DNA from: a virus
IMG/VR virus record: IMGVR_UViG_3300044641_004197
Span: 8,265-72,264 of that record
Strand: one strand, 5' to 3'
DNA: 64,000 bases
Shown one piece after another: positions 39,451-50,264 of the stretch. The translations under genes were made by a program, and so were the position numbers. Numbering within the stretch: the first letter of the stretch is position 1; the number at the start of each line of letters is the position of its first letter. The notes under the pieces were generated by a model. It had not been told where the DNA came from and made no database searches. It worked only from the letters and a program-made list of their open reading frames with translations.

Positions 39451-39792
39451 TTATCTATGACCGTGAAAATGTCTATGATGGTGTATATGTCCCCAAGATC
39501 CATATACAACCACTTGCGGTCCATAATAAACTGGTGCCGGAACATAAACTACAGGAGCAGTTTGAACCACAACAGTCGTGGTTTGATAAACTACTGGAGT
39601 AGATTGAACTACCACTGGTTGTTGATAAACCACAACAGTTTGAGGAGGGTTTACAATTCTATCGATGACTTGAATAGCTGCAACACCTGTCAATACTTTA
39701 CCTACAGTTGCCCATTCTCTATCACCTGCATATGCTGACATATTTGATGCTAACAATGTAGCACCTAACAATACCGCTAATTTATTTTTCAT
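39451..39792 (-). CDS. Secreted Pro/Val-rich low-complexity protein
   Basis: Signal peptide (AYA cleavage site), PVVY repeats and a His-rich tail. Confidence 0.75.
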   Translation of the reverse strand: MKNKLAVLLGATLLASNMSAYAGDREWATVGKVLTGVAAIQVIDRIVNPPQTVVVYQQPVVVQSTPVVYQTTTVVVQTAPVVYVPAPVYYGPQVVVYGSWGHIHHHRHFHGHR

Positions 39793-39793
39793 A

Positions 39794-40453
39794 TTATTTC
39801 TTTTGTCTGCCTCTACCCTTGAAGACAGTAGGCTTAACTACAAGTTTCTTATCTTTTTGTTTTGGATACTTGTATTCGGCCTTTTCACCCTTGACACTGT
39901 GGTCAACTTGTTTCTTTATTTTGTCCACTGATTTCATTGGTGAGGTAGGCAAATCATCTTTCTTTTCAACTGCGTCTTCGACTTTTTCATCGGTTTCTTG
40001 AGGTTTATCAAGGTCTTTCTTTCCTTCCTTGTCCTCAGAGTTTTTAACGCACTTTTCCCATTTTTCTTGACCAAAATCAGGCTTTGTTTCCTTTAATGTT
40101 TCGGTAACAAATTTCTTTAAATCTTCGAATGAAAGATTTAATTTCTTGGTTCTGTCAGTTTTATTTTTAAAATGAGTTACATTGAAACTATCATCTGTTA
40201 CTGGATAGATACTAAAATGATGTGGATCGCAATCACATACATTATATCTCTTTGCATCATCAAGATAAACACGAGCATCTTTATTTGCGGACTTAACGGC
40301 TTCTGCTAATTCTTCCATCTTGGCTTCCAATGAATGTTCTTTCTTAATCTTCATTGGTTTCAACGATTCTTTAATGATGTTACGAATAGCCTTTTCTAAC
40401 TTAACTTCGGCTACACATTCACTGATAATTTTCTTTAGTTCTTTATTGGTCAT
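39794..40453 (-). CDS. Hypothetical protein, possibly virion-internal
   Basis: Highly charged; N-terminal IIxE repeats; TATTTATA upstream. Confidence 0.65.
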   Translation of the reverse strand: MTNKELKKIISECVAEVKLEKAIRNIIKESLKPMKIKKEHSLEAKMEELAEAVKSANKDARVYLDDAKRYNVCDCDPHHFSIYPVTDDSFNVTHFKNKTDRTKKLNLSFEDLKKFVTETLKETKPDFGQEKWEKCVKNSEDKEGKKDLDKPQETDEKVEDAVEKKDDLPTSPMKSVDKIKKQVDHSVKGEKAEYKYPKQKDKKLVVKPTVFKGRGRQKK

Positions 40454-40483
40454 ATATATGAAAATGGTTATATATAAATATTG

Positions 40484-41266
40484 TCAAAAAAATGAATTAT
40501 CATTCTTATTTTCAACTACAATTTCCATTATTTCTTCTTTATAAGTATTGGTTTTTGGAGCGGACAACACTTTATGTTTCAATGATTTAGACAGTTTTTT
40601 GTTTTCTATCTTATTACTGATGAATTTTATATAACGATGTTTACCGCTTTCCTTTTTCCTCCAGAATGTATGACCAATCTTCTTCTTTAATACATCTACA
40701 CTATGACTGCCCCAATTAGCATATACAGTTCTACTATGTATCCATTCGTAATCAGGCGGACCTTTTAAACTTACACTATAATTAGGCATAATAGCCACAT
40801 CGACATAATTATCCCCTTGATATAAAAACCCAGTAGCTTGATAGATTTTACCGAGATGTCCTACTTCACTATCTGCATAACTCAATATGCACTTGATAAT
40901 GGGAAAATCACGGTTTAATTGTCTGAATGACTCCGCAATACAATAACTCTCTATATTCTTACCATACCCATCAGCAATCCATAAACGGGTCAATTCTAAC
41001 ACATTATTATTAACTAATAGAGGACTTATACTAGTGCTAGCATTTCTACCTACTGCCTGTCCATATACTAATACACCAATTAATTTACTATTATAACCAC
41101 CAAAAAAAGTGCTTTCTATATATTCTTTATAGTAAACACCATATGCAACTCTACAAACCGTCCATTTATGAGTATAATGGTTTTTTACAATAATATCCTT
41201 AGCCAAATTCTTTTGAATGGGTCTAAGGTAAATTAATGATGTATCACAATAATGCGTCTCGGACAT
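40484..41266 (-). CDS. mom: Mom-family (GNAT-like) DNA adenine modification protein
   Basis: IVKNHY, LELTRLW, KNIES and ILSYADSEVGHLGKIYQATGFLYQG. Confidence 0.82.
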   Translation of the reverse strand: MSETHYCDTSLIYLRPIQKNLAKDIIVKNHYTHKWTVCRVAYGVYYKEYIESTFFGGYNSKLIGVLVYGQAVGRNASTSISPLLVNNNVLELTRLWIADGYGKNIESYCIAESFRQLNRDFPIIKCILSYADSEVGHLGKIYQATGFLYQGDNYVDVAIMPNYSVSLKGPPDYEWIHSRTVYANWGSHSVDVLKKKIGHTFWRKKESGKHRYIKFISNKIENKKLSKSLKHKVLSAPKTNTYKEEIMEIVVENKNDNSFF

Positions 41267-41296
41267 AACAATTCTAATATCACTATTAGAATTATA

Positions 41297-41686
41297 TTAC
41301 ACCAGTTTCAATTTTTCAACTTTTTTTTTATTAACTTTTCCACTATTTAATAAAGTCTTTATAACCTCATTCGACGCATCAAGTTTGATTTCAAGTTCGT
41401 TTAACTCAGCTTGTAATCGTTTATTTTCGTCTTTATATTCCCTCAACTCTTTCTTTATACTTTCATTTTCTTTTTTATACGCATTCATTTCTTGTCTAAT
41501 CGCATCTCTATCGGTTCTACATTCATCCAAGTCTTTCTTAAGTTCTTTTCGCAACTTTTCATTGGATTCATTTATTAATTTCACCAAATCAAGTCTTGAT
41601 TTTTTAGACGCTATCGCATATGCAACTACAGATGAAAATATAGCCGGTATAATTGCAATTAAAGAAGTAGAAATTGTATCATTCAT
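41297..41686 (-). CDS. Single-TM coiled-coil protein (holin-like candidate)
   Basis: N-terminal hydrophobic helix followed by a long heptad repeat. Confidence 0.55.
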   Translation of the reverse strand: MNDTISTSLIAIIPAIFSSVVAYAIASKKSRLDLVKLINESNEKLRKELKKDLDECRTDRDAIRQEMNAYKKENESIKKELREYKDENKRLQAELNELEIKLDASNEVIKTLLNSGKVNKKKVEKLKLV

Positions 41687-41742
41687 ATTATAAAAACATA
41701 CTTAAATAAATATAGTTATTATAAAATAAATTATAAAAATTT

Positions 41743-42801
41743 TTACAATTTGAAATCGTCAAATGCACTATCGTTAATAGTATTATCTACACCTTTTACA
41801 TAACTACTCAATTCGGTTTCTTGAGGGGCTACTTGTAGTTTCTTACTATCATAGTAACTATCCAACCACCCAGCCAATGGATTGGTTTTAGCAGCTGGAT
41901 ACAACTTCTTATATCCAAGACTTGTTAATCTATTATTGGCCAACCACTCAATATAATGCTTTAAACTCTCAGCAGTCAATCCAATCAAACTACCCTTACT
42001 GAATAGATAGTCTGCCCAGTCTTTTTCTGCATTAACCGCCATTTCATAAGCAGCATAGATCTTCTCTTCATTTTTCTTAACAATATCTTGGAATCCTTCA
42101 TCTGGGTTGTTGATCCAGTTCTTCATGATGTTCTGAGTAATAGCTACGTGTAGATTTTCATCACGGCTAATAAACTTAATAATCTTACTATTACCCTCCA
42201 TCTTTCCACGATAGCCAAAGTAGAAACTACAAGCAAAACTCACATAGAAAATCAATCCTTCAGTGATCTGCGTAGCAAGAACAGCATCAAACAATTGTTG
42301 TTTAACATCATCTGATGGCTTTAGTAGTTCATCATACTTCTTACTGATTGCAGTAGCTCTCTTAACAATTTCTTCATCATTCAAAATACTATCAAAAAAC
42401 TTGGTAGCATCTGGATAAACATTGTTTAGAATGTATGTATAACTGTTACTGTGAATAGTTTCAAAGAAACTCCATGTGTTCATGCAAATCTCCAATTCAC
42501 TATTGGTAACATGCTTCATAAGTTCATGAATACTACGACTCAACATACTATCAGTCATAGTCTGAAACTTTAGATTGCTATCAAATACAAAACGTTCTTC
42601 AGGTGAAAGATTCTTATAATCACTAATGTCCTTCACCAAAGAAACTTCTTGTGGTCTCCAAAAGAAATTCAATTGTTGATCGTATAGGTCATAGAACTTA
42701 GGATACTTGATCAAATCATATCGTTGTAGTGATAGATCTTCTCCCAAGAACATTGGATTTCTTAATTGGTCTATGTTTCTTTTATTTAATACAGTTTTCA
42801 T
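41743..42801 (-). CDS. nrdB: Ribonucleotide reductase class Ia beta subunit
   Basis: FFWRPQEV, ETIHSNSY, EGLIFYVSF, RDENLH and QVAPQETE. Confidence 0.97.
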   Translation of the reverse strand: MKTVLNKRNIDQLRNPMFLGEDLSLQRYDLIKYPKFYDLYDQQLNFFWRPQEVSLVKDISDYKNLSPEERFVFDSNLKFQTMTDSMLSRSIHELMKHVTNSELEICMNTWSFFETIHSNSYTYILNNVYPDATKFFDSILNDEEIVKRATAISKKYDELLKPSDDVKQQLFDAVLATQITEGLIFYVSFACSFYFGYRGKMEGNSKIIKFISRDENLHVAITQNIMKNWINNPDEGFQDIVKKNEEKIYAAYEMAVNAEKDWADYLFSKGSLIGLTAESLKHYIEWLANNRLTSLGYKKLYPAAKTNPLAGWLDSYYDSKKLQVAPQETELSSYVKGVDNTINDSAFDDFKL

Positions 42802-42813
42802 CTTATCCTCCTA

Positions 42814-45102
42814 TTATAGAGCACACGCTCCGCTAGCACAACCACTTTCTTCTATAACCACTTTCTTTGTCTCCAAAGTCTTTTGTTCCATTGCGGTTTG
42901 TTTATCACCGTCATCGGTATTAGCATAATATAAATTCTTAATACCATACTTATAAGCCGTCAAAATATCCTTAATAACTTCCTGAACAGGAACTTTATTA
43001 TTTGGATAACGTGAAGGAATGTAATAAGTGTTGGTGCTAATGCTCATATCAGTAAACTTCTGAATGGCAGCAGCCACTTTTAAATATCCTTCATTACTTG
43101 GCATATCAAAAGCAAAGGTATAATTTTCTTTATACTTGTCAATACCAGGAACAACTACAGGCAAAATGTTACTCTTGCTACCCTTGAAACTAATAGCACT
43201 ACGAGGAGGTTCAATACCATTCGTAGAACTTTGAATTACACTACTAGATTCTACAGGCATACAAGCAGTTAATGTTGAATGACGCATTCCATACTTCTTA
43301 ATATCTTCACGTAGGCTTTCCCAGTCACAATGAAGTTTCTCAGTTATGAATTCGTCAATGTCTCTCTTATAAGTATCAATTGGAAGGACTCCCTGACTAA
43401 ATTTTGTGCGATCAAATTTTTCACACTTACCTACTTCTTTAGCCATCTCAACACTAGCTTTAATCAAATAATAACTAGTCTTTTCCATCCACTTAGCAAC
43501 AAAGTTAGGAGCATCCTTGTCCCAATACTTCAATCCTTCTTTAGCCAACAAAGCAGCCAAGTTACTTACACCAACACCAAGGCTACGTCGTTTCTTAGCG
43601 AAGTTTTCAGCTGCTGGAACGAAATAATCTTGATGGTCAATCAATGAATCCAACATTCTGACAATAATGTCACAAACACTTTCCATTTCATCATCATCCT
43701 TGATTTCCAACCAATTCAATGCGGCCAGAATACATACACCAATTTCACCGTCTTTATCATTAACGTCACTGATAGGAATCAATGGGTGGTTAACCTCAAG
43801 ACATAGATTGCTTGTATCAACTTGATCTAACCAACTACCATGTTCATTGGCGTGATCGACGTGCATTGTATAAATACGTCCAGTTTCAAGACGTTCCTTA
43901 GCCAATAGACCCATCAATTCACGAGCGTTAATCTTCTTCTTGAACTTAATGTTCTTATTAGCTTCAGCCTTTTCATACTTCTCCTTGAATCCTTCCATGC
44001 CGAAAGTATTCCACAATGAAGGACATTCGTGATAACTAAACAATGTAACATCTTGATTCTTGAGGAATCGTTCAAATATAACTTTATCTAATCCAACACA
44101 ATAATCCAACTTACGAACACGATTATCATCAGTTCCCGCATTGTTCTTCAATACAAGAATATCCATGATATCATAATGAAACCAAGCAAAGTTTACAGTT
44201 GCACTTCCGCCACGAATACCATTTTGATGACAACTCTTCACTGTGGATTCAAATGCCTTACTAAAAGGAATTGGTCCGGTATGAATAACTTCACCATTAC
44301 GAATAGGAGCATTAGTAGCACGTAATCTGGATAGATTCAATCCAATACCATAACGGCTTGCGGTGGCAAATCCTACAGCACTATTATTTGCAAAGATACT
44401 CTTGAGTGTATCGTCTACAGTAAACAAACTACAAGAAGCATAACTCTTCATTACAGTTCTTACACCGGCCATAATAGGGGTGGGAAGATTAATCTTATGC
44501 TTACTAAAGTAGTTATACGCCTTCTTTACATATTCCAATCTATTTTCTTTATAGTTCTTAAAGAAGGTCATTGCGATTAGAATATATGCAAACTGAGGAG
44601 TCTCATATATCTTCTTGGTTGATCTGTTCTGGACCAAATACTTATCACACAACTGTTTAATTCCAGCGTATGTGAAATTAAAATCTCTATCGTGTTTAAG
44701 AAACTCGTCAATCTTGTCAAATTCTTGTTTAGTATACCATTGAAGAATTTCTTCATCATATACTAGATTAGAAACGTTGTCTTTGACAAGATCATACAAT
44801 TTAGGTGGATTCTTACCACCCCAAACTTCTTTACGAAGTTGGTAATTAAGCAATCTACTTGCAACAAATTGGTAATTGGGTTTATCTTCGCTAATTAGAT
44901 TAGCAGAAGATTCGATAAGAAGTTTATGTATATCTGCGCTTGACATTCCATCAAAGAATGACAAATGTGCATTCATACCAACTTCTTCAAAACTAACTCC
45001 TTTTATATCCTCCGTAGCCCACTGCAACACTTTGTTTATTTTGTCTGCATTAAACTTCTCGGTTTTTCCGCTACGCTTTTTAATAAAAATATCTTTGTTC
45101 AT
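42814..45102 (-). CDS. nrdA: Ribonucleotide reductase class Ia alpha subunit with ATP cone
   Basis: IKKRSG ATP cone, PTPIMAG, ASC, NLCLE, TNGIEP and C-terminal CASGAC. Confidence 0.97.
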   Translation of the reverse strand: MNKDIFIKKRSGKTEKFNADKINKVLQWATEDIKGVSFEEVGMNAHLSFFDGMSSADIHKLLIESSANLISEDKPNYQFVASRLLNYQLRKEVWGGKNPPKLYDLVKDNVSNLVYDEEILQWYTKQEFDKIDEFLKHDRDFNFTYAGIKQLCDKYLVQNRSTKKIYETPQFAYILIAMTFFKNYKENRLEYVKKAYNYFSKHKINLPTPIMAGVRTVMKSYASCSLFTVDDTLKSIFANNSAVGFATASRYGIGLNLSRLRATNAPIRNGEVIHTGPIPFSKAFESTVKSCHQNGIRGGSATVNFAWFHYDIMDILVLKNNAGTDDNRVRKLDYCVGLDKVIFERFLKNQDVTLFSYHECPSLWNTFGMEGFKEKYEKAEANKNIKFKKKINARELMGLLAKERLETGRIYTMHVDHANEHGSWLDQVDTSNLCLEVNHPLIPISDVNDKDGEIGVCILAALNWLEIKDDDEMESVCDIIVRMLDSLIDHQDYFVPAAENFAKKRRSLGVGVSNLAALLAKEGLKYWDKDAPNFVAKWMEKTSYYLIKASVEMAKEVGKCEKFDRTKFSQGVLPIDTYKRDIDEFITEKLHCDWESLREDIKKYGMRHSTLTACMPVESSSVIQSSTNGIEPPRSAISFKGSKSNILPVVVPGIDKYKENYTFAFDMPSNEGYLKVAAAIQKFTDMSISTNTYYIPSRYPNNKVPVQEVIKDILTAYKYGIKNLYYANTDDGDKQTAMEQKTLETKKVVIEESGCASGACAL

Positions 45103-45215
45103 AAAACTTTAAAATAGGTAATAAATAATTATCATGTTCTAAAAAATAATTTTCAAATTTATTTTTGAAAATTTTCTACTTTTTGAACTTTTTGTTAATC
45201 ATCTTGATATGAGAA

Positions 45216-46601
45216 TTACTCTGAATCCTCTTCGCTCATATGAGCATTCCATTTACCAGACATCATCTTCTTGACAAGATTTTCGCCTTGGTTCATTTCA
45301 TTGATGATTCCCATACCTTCCCTACTGTTTTCAGCAAAGATTTGAATATCACCACAACCCGCGTTCATTCGACTTGGGAATGTAATACCGTCTGGTCCAA
45401 ATCGATTCTTAATAATATGGAATCGTGCGGTGTTACTAACTTTATCGTTAACTTTACGACTGAGTGACATAACAAAATCAGCCGTCATGATTTTACGATA
45501 ACTGTCTGAAATATTATTTGCTTGAATAATATCTTCATCCATAGCAGCACGATTGCTTTGACTTGCAGTCCAAACTGGAACCTGAAGTTCACCGGCAATA
45601 CCACGAAGTTCTTCATAGATACCACCCGCCTCACTATAACTGTTACTATTACGTTCACTTTGGGATGGACGTAGAATATCAGCATAGTCAACGATAATCA
45701 TATCTACTTTTGTCCCCAGAGTTTGGATACGTTCTGCATGAAGCTTCAAACTGTGAGCGGACACAGTTTTGATGGGGAAATACTTAATGATAAGTTTGCC
45801 GGGAACTTCAGAAATTTTCTTCTTTACAACATCAACGTTATTACGAATGTTCTGGAAATCAATACCAGTGAAACACGCATCGTAACGTAGTCCAACGTAG
45901 TTTTCATTCAACTCAAGAGTATAATGTAACACATTCTTACCCTGCTTCATTGCCTCGGCACCAATCTTGGCAAGAACCCAACTCTTACCACTACCAGCAC
46001 AAGCAGTAATAACACCCATTTCACCGCCAGCCAATCCACCGTCCATAACAGTGTCAACTTCTGTCCAATTGGTCTTGACGGTCTTACGAGCCATCATACT
46101 CATACGTTTTTCCACATCGACTTCGTATTCATGACCGATATTTCTTTCCATACCAGCCTTCATAGCAACGTCAACAACATGCTTGATCTTGTCATATTGA
46201 CCATTCTTCAGATGATCAACACTCTCCATGATCGCATTCTTCAACTTTTGATTCTTACAAAATTCAAGGAATTGTTCCTTAATAAATTTCAAATCACTGT
46301 CAGTGATCTTTTGATAAACCAATCTCAATTGGTCAACAACAGTCTTCTTCAACAATTCATTGTCAATACTATCAACCTTGACTTTGAATACCGCCAATGT
46401 AGGCAGTTCTTTATATTGTAGGAAATAACTAACGGTTTCCTTTACAATAAACTGATGTGCATCAGTCTCAAACGATTGCGGTTCCAAAATATCGCTAATG
46501 CGTTCAATAAATGATTTATCACTCACAAGTGCAGAGATGCACTTGGTTTGAAACTCAGTTCCAAACTTCTTTAGATTATCTATAATGTATGTTTCGCTCA
46601 T
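45216..46601 (-). CDS. gp41: Replicative DnaB-like helicase (T4 gp41-like)
   Basis: AGSGKS, YTLEL, IVDYAD, WTASQSNR and KNRFG. Confidence 0.93.
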   Translation of the reverse strand: MSETYIIDNLKKFGTEFQTKCISALVSDKSFIERISDILEPQSFETDAHQFIVKETVSYFLQYKELPTLAVFKVKVDSIDNELLKKTVVDQLRLVYQKITDSDLKFIKEQFLEFCKNQKLKNAIMESVDHLKNGQYDKIKHVVDVAMKAGMERNIGHEYEVDVEKRMSMMARKTVKTNWTEVDTVMDGGLAGGEMGVITACAGSGKSWVLAKIGAEAMKQGKNVLHYTLELNENYVGLRYDACFTGIDFQNIRNNVDVVKKKISEVPGKLIIKYFPIKTVSAHSLKLHAERIQTLGTKVDMIIVDYADILRPSQSERNSNSYSEAGGIYEELRGIAGELQVPVWTASQSNRAAMDEDIIQANNISDSYRKIMTADFVMSLSRKVNDKVSNTARFHIIKNRFGPDGITFPSRMNAGCGDIQIFAENSREGMGIINEMNQGENLVKKMMSGKWNAHMSEEDSE

Positions 46602-46664
46602 AATTTAATAACGTATCCTTGTGAGTATAATACTATACCCACTTCTCTTTTTTTAAAAGATTTT

Positions 46665-47732
46665 TTAAGCCACAAATGAATTCACTTTCCCAAACACCTC
46701 TTGTAGCCAGATTATGCTGTTGGGGAAATTGTTTTGCATATTGTCTTCTAACAACAATTTGCTAAACTTATATCTGTCAAGTTTAATCAGTGGTTTCTCA
46801 AGAATTTCATTGATTCTGAGTTGACTAAATGACTGTATCTGCGTTTCATGTAATTGCATTAATTGCCAATTACGTTCTATAATATTCTTATTATCCAAGA
46901 TGGTATTATACAATTTATACTTTCCCTTGTGGGTATCACTATAATTGTATATTTCTTGTAATGAATATCGTTTTTCGTCAGTAAATATAGGAAAACATTT
47001 GATGATGGTCTTCAATCCCGCACCATTTATACCATCAATGTTATCACTATCGTCACCTTCCATTATACGATAATTTATAAAGTTACTACAAGTTACACCA
47101 TACTCTTGTAGAATTTCAGCACATCCATACAACTTCTTCTTAGTTGGACTCCAGATTTTAACTCTGTCATTTGCCAACTGCAAAAAGTCTTTGTCTGCAC
47201 TCATAATAGTTACATTACTATTTTTAAAATAGTCTGTAGCTAAATATGCAATTGTGTCATCCGCTTCAATATGATCAATTGCCATAGTTGTAACAGGCAA
47301 TGTATCCAAATATCTTACAGTCTTAATCAACTGTATTTTAAGATTCTTTTCTTCTGAATCTGGATTGCTCAGATCCTCATATGTTCTATTGAGACGGATC
47401 TTTGTTTTTCTACCAGCCTTATAATCAGGATAAATTTTTCTGCGTTTCATTGAACCACCATTACCATCAGACACAATTACGATTCTGGTGGGATTCAACA
47501 ATTTAACCGCATATCCAATACTTTTTAAACATCCAGCAATACCACCCGTATGATTTCCATTAGAATTCAATGCGGGACTTGCCATGAATGCTCTAATAAA
47601 AGTATTCATAAAGTCGATTATAAGGACATCAGAGTTGAGGGTCCGATTAAGACCCTCACTCTGCGGGGTTGTTTTTATTTGATCAAACAAACTAAACAAC
47701 CTCTTTTTTTCACTGTCAGTTAGATTGCTCAT
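46665..47732 (-). CDS. rnh: 5'-3' exonuclease / RNase H (FEN family)
   Basis: IIDFMN, YKAGR, EADDTIA, SADKDFLQL and GDDSDNIDGI. Confidence 0.93.
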   Translation of the reverse strand: MSNLTDSEKKRLFSLFDQIKTTPQSEGLNRTLNSDVLIIDFMNTFIRAFMASPALNSNGNHTGGIAGCLKSIGYAVKLLNPTRIVIVSDGNGGSMKRRKIYPDYKAGRKTKIRLNRTYEDLSNPDSEEKNLKIQLIKTVRYLDTLPVTTMAIDHIEADDTIAYLATDYFKNSNVTIMSADKDFLQLANDRVKIWSPTKKKLYGCAEILQEYGVTCSNFINYRIMEGDDSDNIDGINGAGLKTIIKCFPIFTDEKRYSLQEIYNYSDTHKGKYKLYNTILDNKNIIERNWQLMQLHETQIQSFSQLRINEILEKPLIKLDRYKFSKLLLEDNMQNNFPNSIIWLQEVFGKVNSFVA

Positions 47733-48877
47733 TCTTCACTACCAGCAGATTCTTCATCAGTATCCACAACAGCGTCATCAACAATCTGACTATTAGGATC
47801 TTTATATTTCATAATAACAGACTCACAAATCTTCAAATAAACTTCTTCTTTCAAAGATTGATCAGTCTGCATTGCGGATACAAAGTCCTTGGATTGGAAC
47901 TTCCATTCACTGCCATCATCCTTCTTATAGGTATAATAAGCACCACCTTGTTTGATAATGTTATTCTCCTTCAATACTTTGATCCAACTGCTATAGTCGG
48001 CAATACCACTATCGAAGTAAATATCAAAATTAGCTTGACGTTGTGGTGGACCCATTCTGTTCTTAACAACAACTGCCTTACACTCATTACCGATGATTTC
48101 TTCACCCTTTTTGAGTTTACCAGTGTTGTTCAAACGAACACGGACACTACAATGATAAGCCAAAGCCTTACCACCACTCACCACATACTTGTCACCAAAT
48201 GCCATAGCATTTAGATTCTGACGTAATTGATTTGTGAATACAGTAAGAACCTTCTGACGGCCAATCATGTTGGTGATCTTTCTCATGGCCTTACTAATGA
48301 TAATACTCTTACCAGTAGCAAATCCATCTTTACCGTGATCACTCTCTAACTCTGCCTTTGTAGAAGCAGCAGCAACAGAGTCAATAATAAGTGTCAAAAT
48401 ACGATCTTTACTGCTCTTACGAACAATTCCAATCATCTGTTCCATCTTTTCAAAAATATCCTCTACAGTATCCGTTTGGACATATAGAAGATTCTTTAGA
48501 TCTACGCCCAAACTCTTCCAGAATTCTGGAGCAGCGGCGTTTTCAGTGTCCAATACTACTGCGACACCACCTTTACGTTGTGTCTCTGCACAAATATGCG
48601 CAGACACCAAACTCTTTCCGGTTCCTTCCAATCCGTTAAGTTCAACCATCTTTCCAACTGGCAATCCGCCATGTGGACGATTACTAATGGCCAAATCTAA
48701 CATTGATGATCCGGTGCTAATCCAATCACTAATATCGGCGGGGTTTTCTTGTTCATCCAAGAAATAAGCAATTTTACCACCGTCTTTATTTGCTTTATTT
48801 AATTCATTTGCCAACAACTCAACCAATTCGTCTCGTTGTGGTGATTCATTCTGCGTAACATGTGATTTCTTTTTCAT
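47729..48877 (-). CDS. recA: RecA/UvsX recombinase
   Basis: STGS..LD, GLEGTGKS, IIDSVAA, NQLR, GGKAL and VVKNR. Confidence 0.95.
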   Translation of the reverse strand: MKKKSHVTQNESPQRDELVELLANELNKANKDGGKIAYFLDEQENPADISDWISTGSSMLDLAISNRPHGGLPVGKMVELNGLEGTGKSLVSAHICAETQRKGGVAVVLDTENAAAPEFWKSLGVDLKNLLYVQTDTVEDIFEKMEQMIGIVRKSSKDRILTLIIDSVAAASTKAELESDHGKDGFATGKSIIISKAMRKITNMIGRQKVLTVFTNQLRQNLNAMAFGDKYVVSGGKALAYHCSVRVRLNNTGKLKKGEEIIGNECKAVVVKNRMGPPQRQANFDIYFDSGIADYSSWIKVLKENNIIKQGGAYYTYKKDDGSEWKFQSKDFVSAMQTDQSLKEEVYLKICESVIMKYKDPNSQIVDDAVVDTDEESAGSEE

Positions 48878-48891
48878 AAAACTTATAAGTT

Positions 48892-48923
48892 AAAGGGGTG
48901 ATAGTAATATATACCATCACCCC
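48892..48923 (-). terminator. Stem-loop after the SSB gene
   Basis: GGGGTGAT.GTA...TAC.ATCACCCC inverted repeat. Confidence 0.55.
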
Positions 48924-48940
48924 AATCTAAACCAGTTATT

Positions 48941-49762
48941 TTAACTGTTGAACAAATTATCAAAAGCCTTGGTCAAGTCTTCTGTATTTGTCTTGCTAGC
49001 AGAGGCGGACGGTGACGAAGCCTTTGCCTTTGGTGCCGGGGTTGGTGCGGACGGAGCTGCCTCCATCTCAGGATCATCATCCACAACTGCATTCACAGTT
49101 GGTTCGCTTCCATTTTCAGGATTTAACCAAGCATCCATGACACCCTTCAACTGTTCGTAACTCAACTCAGGGAACAAATCCAAAATATTGGTTTGCTTAC
49201 CGAGCAATTCCTTCTGGGAAGGATCAATCGCAACTGAAGTGTTTGGCTTTGGACGAATGGTAGTTTCTGGGAAACTCTTACCACACTCTTCTGCGGTTCT
49301 AAACTCTACAACAATATCACGTCCATTAACTGGATCGGTAATATCACCATAGTCAGCGTCACTGATAATAGAAAGAAGTTCTTGATAAACGTTCTTTCCG
49401 AATCCCCAGAAACGAACACCCTGATCCTCTTCTCCACGGACCAAAACAGGAACATAGGTTCGGAGCTTCGGTTCCATCTTACGGCCCAACTGCCAATCTT
49501 CCTTGTTGCCGGTCTTCTTCATACGATTTGACCATTCAACAATAGGATCAGGACGGTTAAAACTATCAGGAGATAGATAAGTCTTGTTGTTGATATTGTA
49601 GTGGAACTTGAGTTCGATAAACGGATTCTCAGGATTATACTTGTAGGGAACGATACGAACTACTTGCTTTCCGGGGTTTGGTTTCCAAATCAAATTTGTC
49701 TTTTGATTTGCGTTTGAGAGAGAATTCAAACGATTCTTAATTTTAGATAGATCTAATGCCAT
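48941..49762 (-). CDS. gp32: Single-stranded DNA-binding protein (T4 gp32-like)
   Basis: WKP..GKQVVRIVP, FWGFGK, DITDPVNGRD; acidic/Pro-rich tail ending AFDNLF. Confidence 0.85.
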   Translation of the reverse strand: MALDLSKIKNRLNSLSNANQKTNLIWKPNPGKQVVRIVPYKYNPENPFIELKFHYNINNKTYLSPDSFNRPDPIVEWSNRMKKTGNKEDWQLGRKMEPKLRTYVPVLVRGEEDQGVRFWGFGKNVYQELLSIISDADYGDITDPVNGRDIVVEFRTAEECGKSFPETTIRPKPNTSVAIDPSQKELLGKQTNILDLFPELSYEQLKGVMDAWLNPENGSEPTVNAVVDDDPEMEAAPSAPTPAPKAKASSPSASASKTNTEDLTKAFDNLFNS

Positions 49763-49871
49763 AATTGTTTATTATATTAATTGTTAAGTGTTAATTAATT
49801 ATTCGATAAATCCACACGGACTTAATTCATAACTAATACACGTATAACTATAAACAAGAATGACAAATCTT

Positions 49872-50264
49872 TCAACTTATTATATCAAAAAGTTTTATGG
49901 GAATTATTCTAACAGAAACCTCGCCGGTTAAAATAAGGCAATTGTTGTAAAGTTCCCAATTTAATTGGAATTTGTTATCAAATACACCATTATTTTCCTC
50001 AGTTATTAATTTATTCATGGCATTCAACGTATACAAAGTGTTTGTTTGTTTTTTACGGTGAAGACCAATTGTATTTGGAAACTTTGGAAATTGGTTGGAT
50101 TCATTTATATCTATATTGTAAGTGATATAAACGTTTCGTGGAGCTTTTGTTCCACTAAACAAAAAAAGTTTATTTCCATTTACGGAATAAAAACTCCTAA
50201 TTTTTTCAATTAGTTCTTTGTATTCATCGATATTTGAAAATGTGCAAAGTAGTTGTTTTTTCAT
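49872..50264 (-). CDS. Hypothetical phage protein
   Basis: 130 aa; QLLCTF...HRKKQTNTLYTLNAMN. Confidence 0.75.
   Translation of the reverse strand: MKKQLLCTFSNIDEYKELIEKIRSFYSVNGNKLFLFSGTKAPRNVYITYNIDINESNQFPKFPNTIGLHRKKQTNTLYTLNAMNKLITEENNGVFDNKFQLNWELYNNCLILTGEVSVRIIPIKLFDIIS

Noticed and set aside
6899-48877. Inteins or introns in PolB, NrdA/B, helicase or RecA
   Set aside because: Protein lengths are normal, motifs are contiguous and no intein splice motifs are evident
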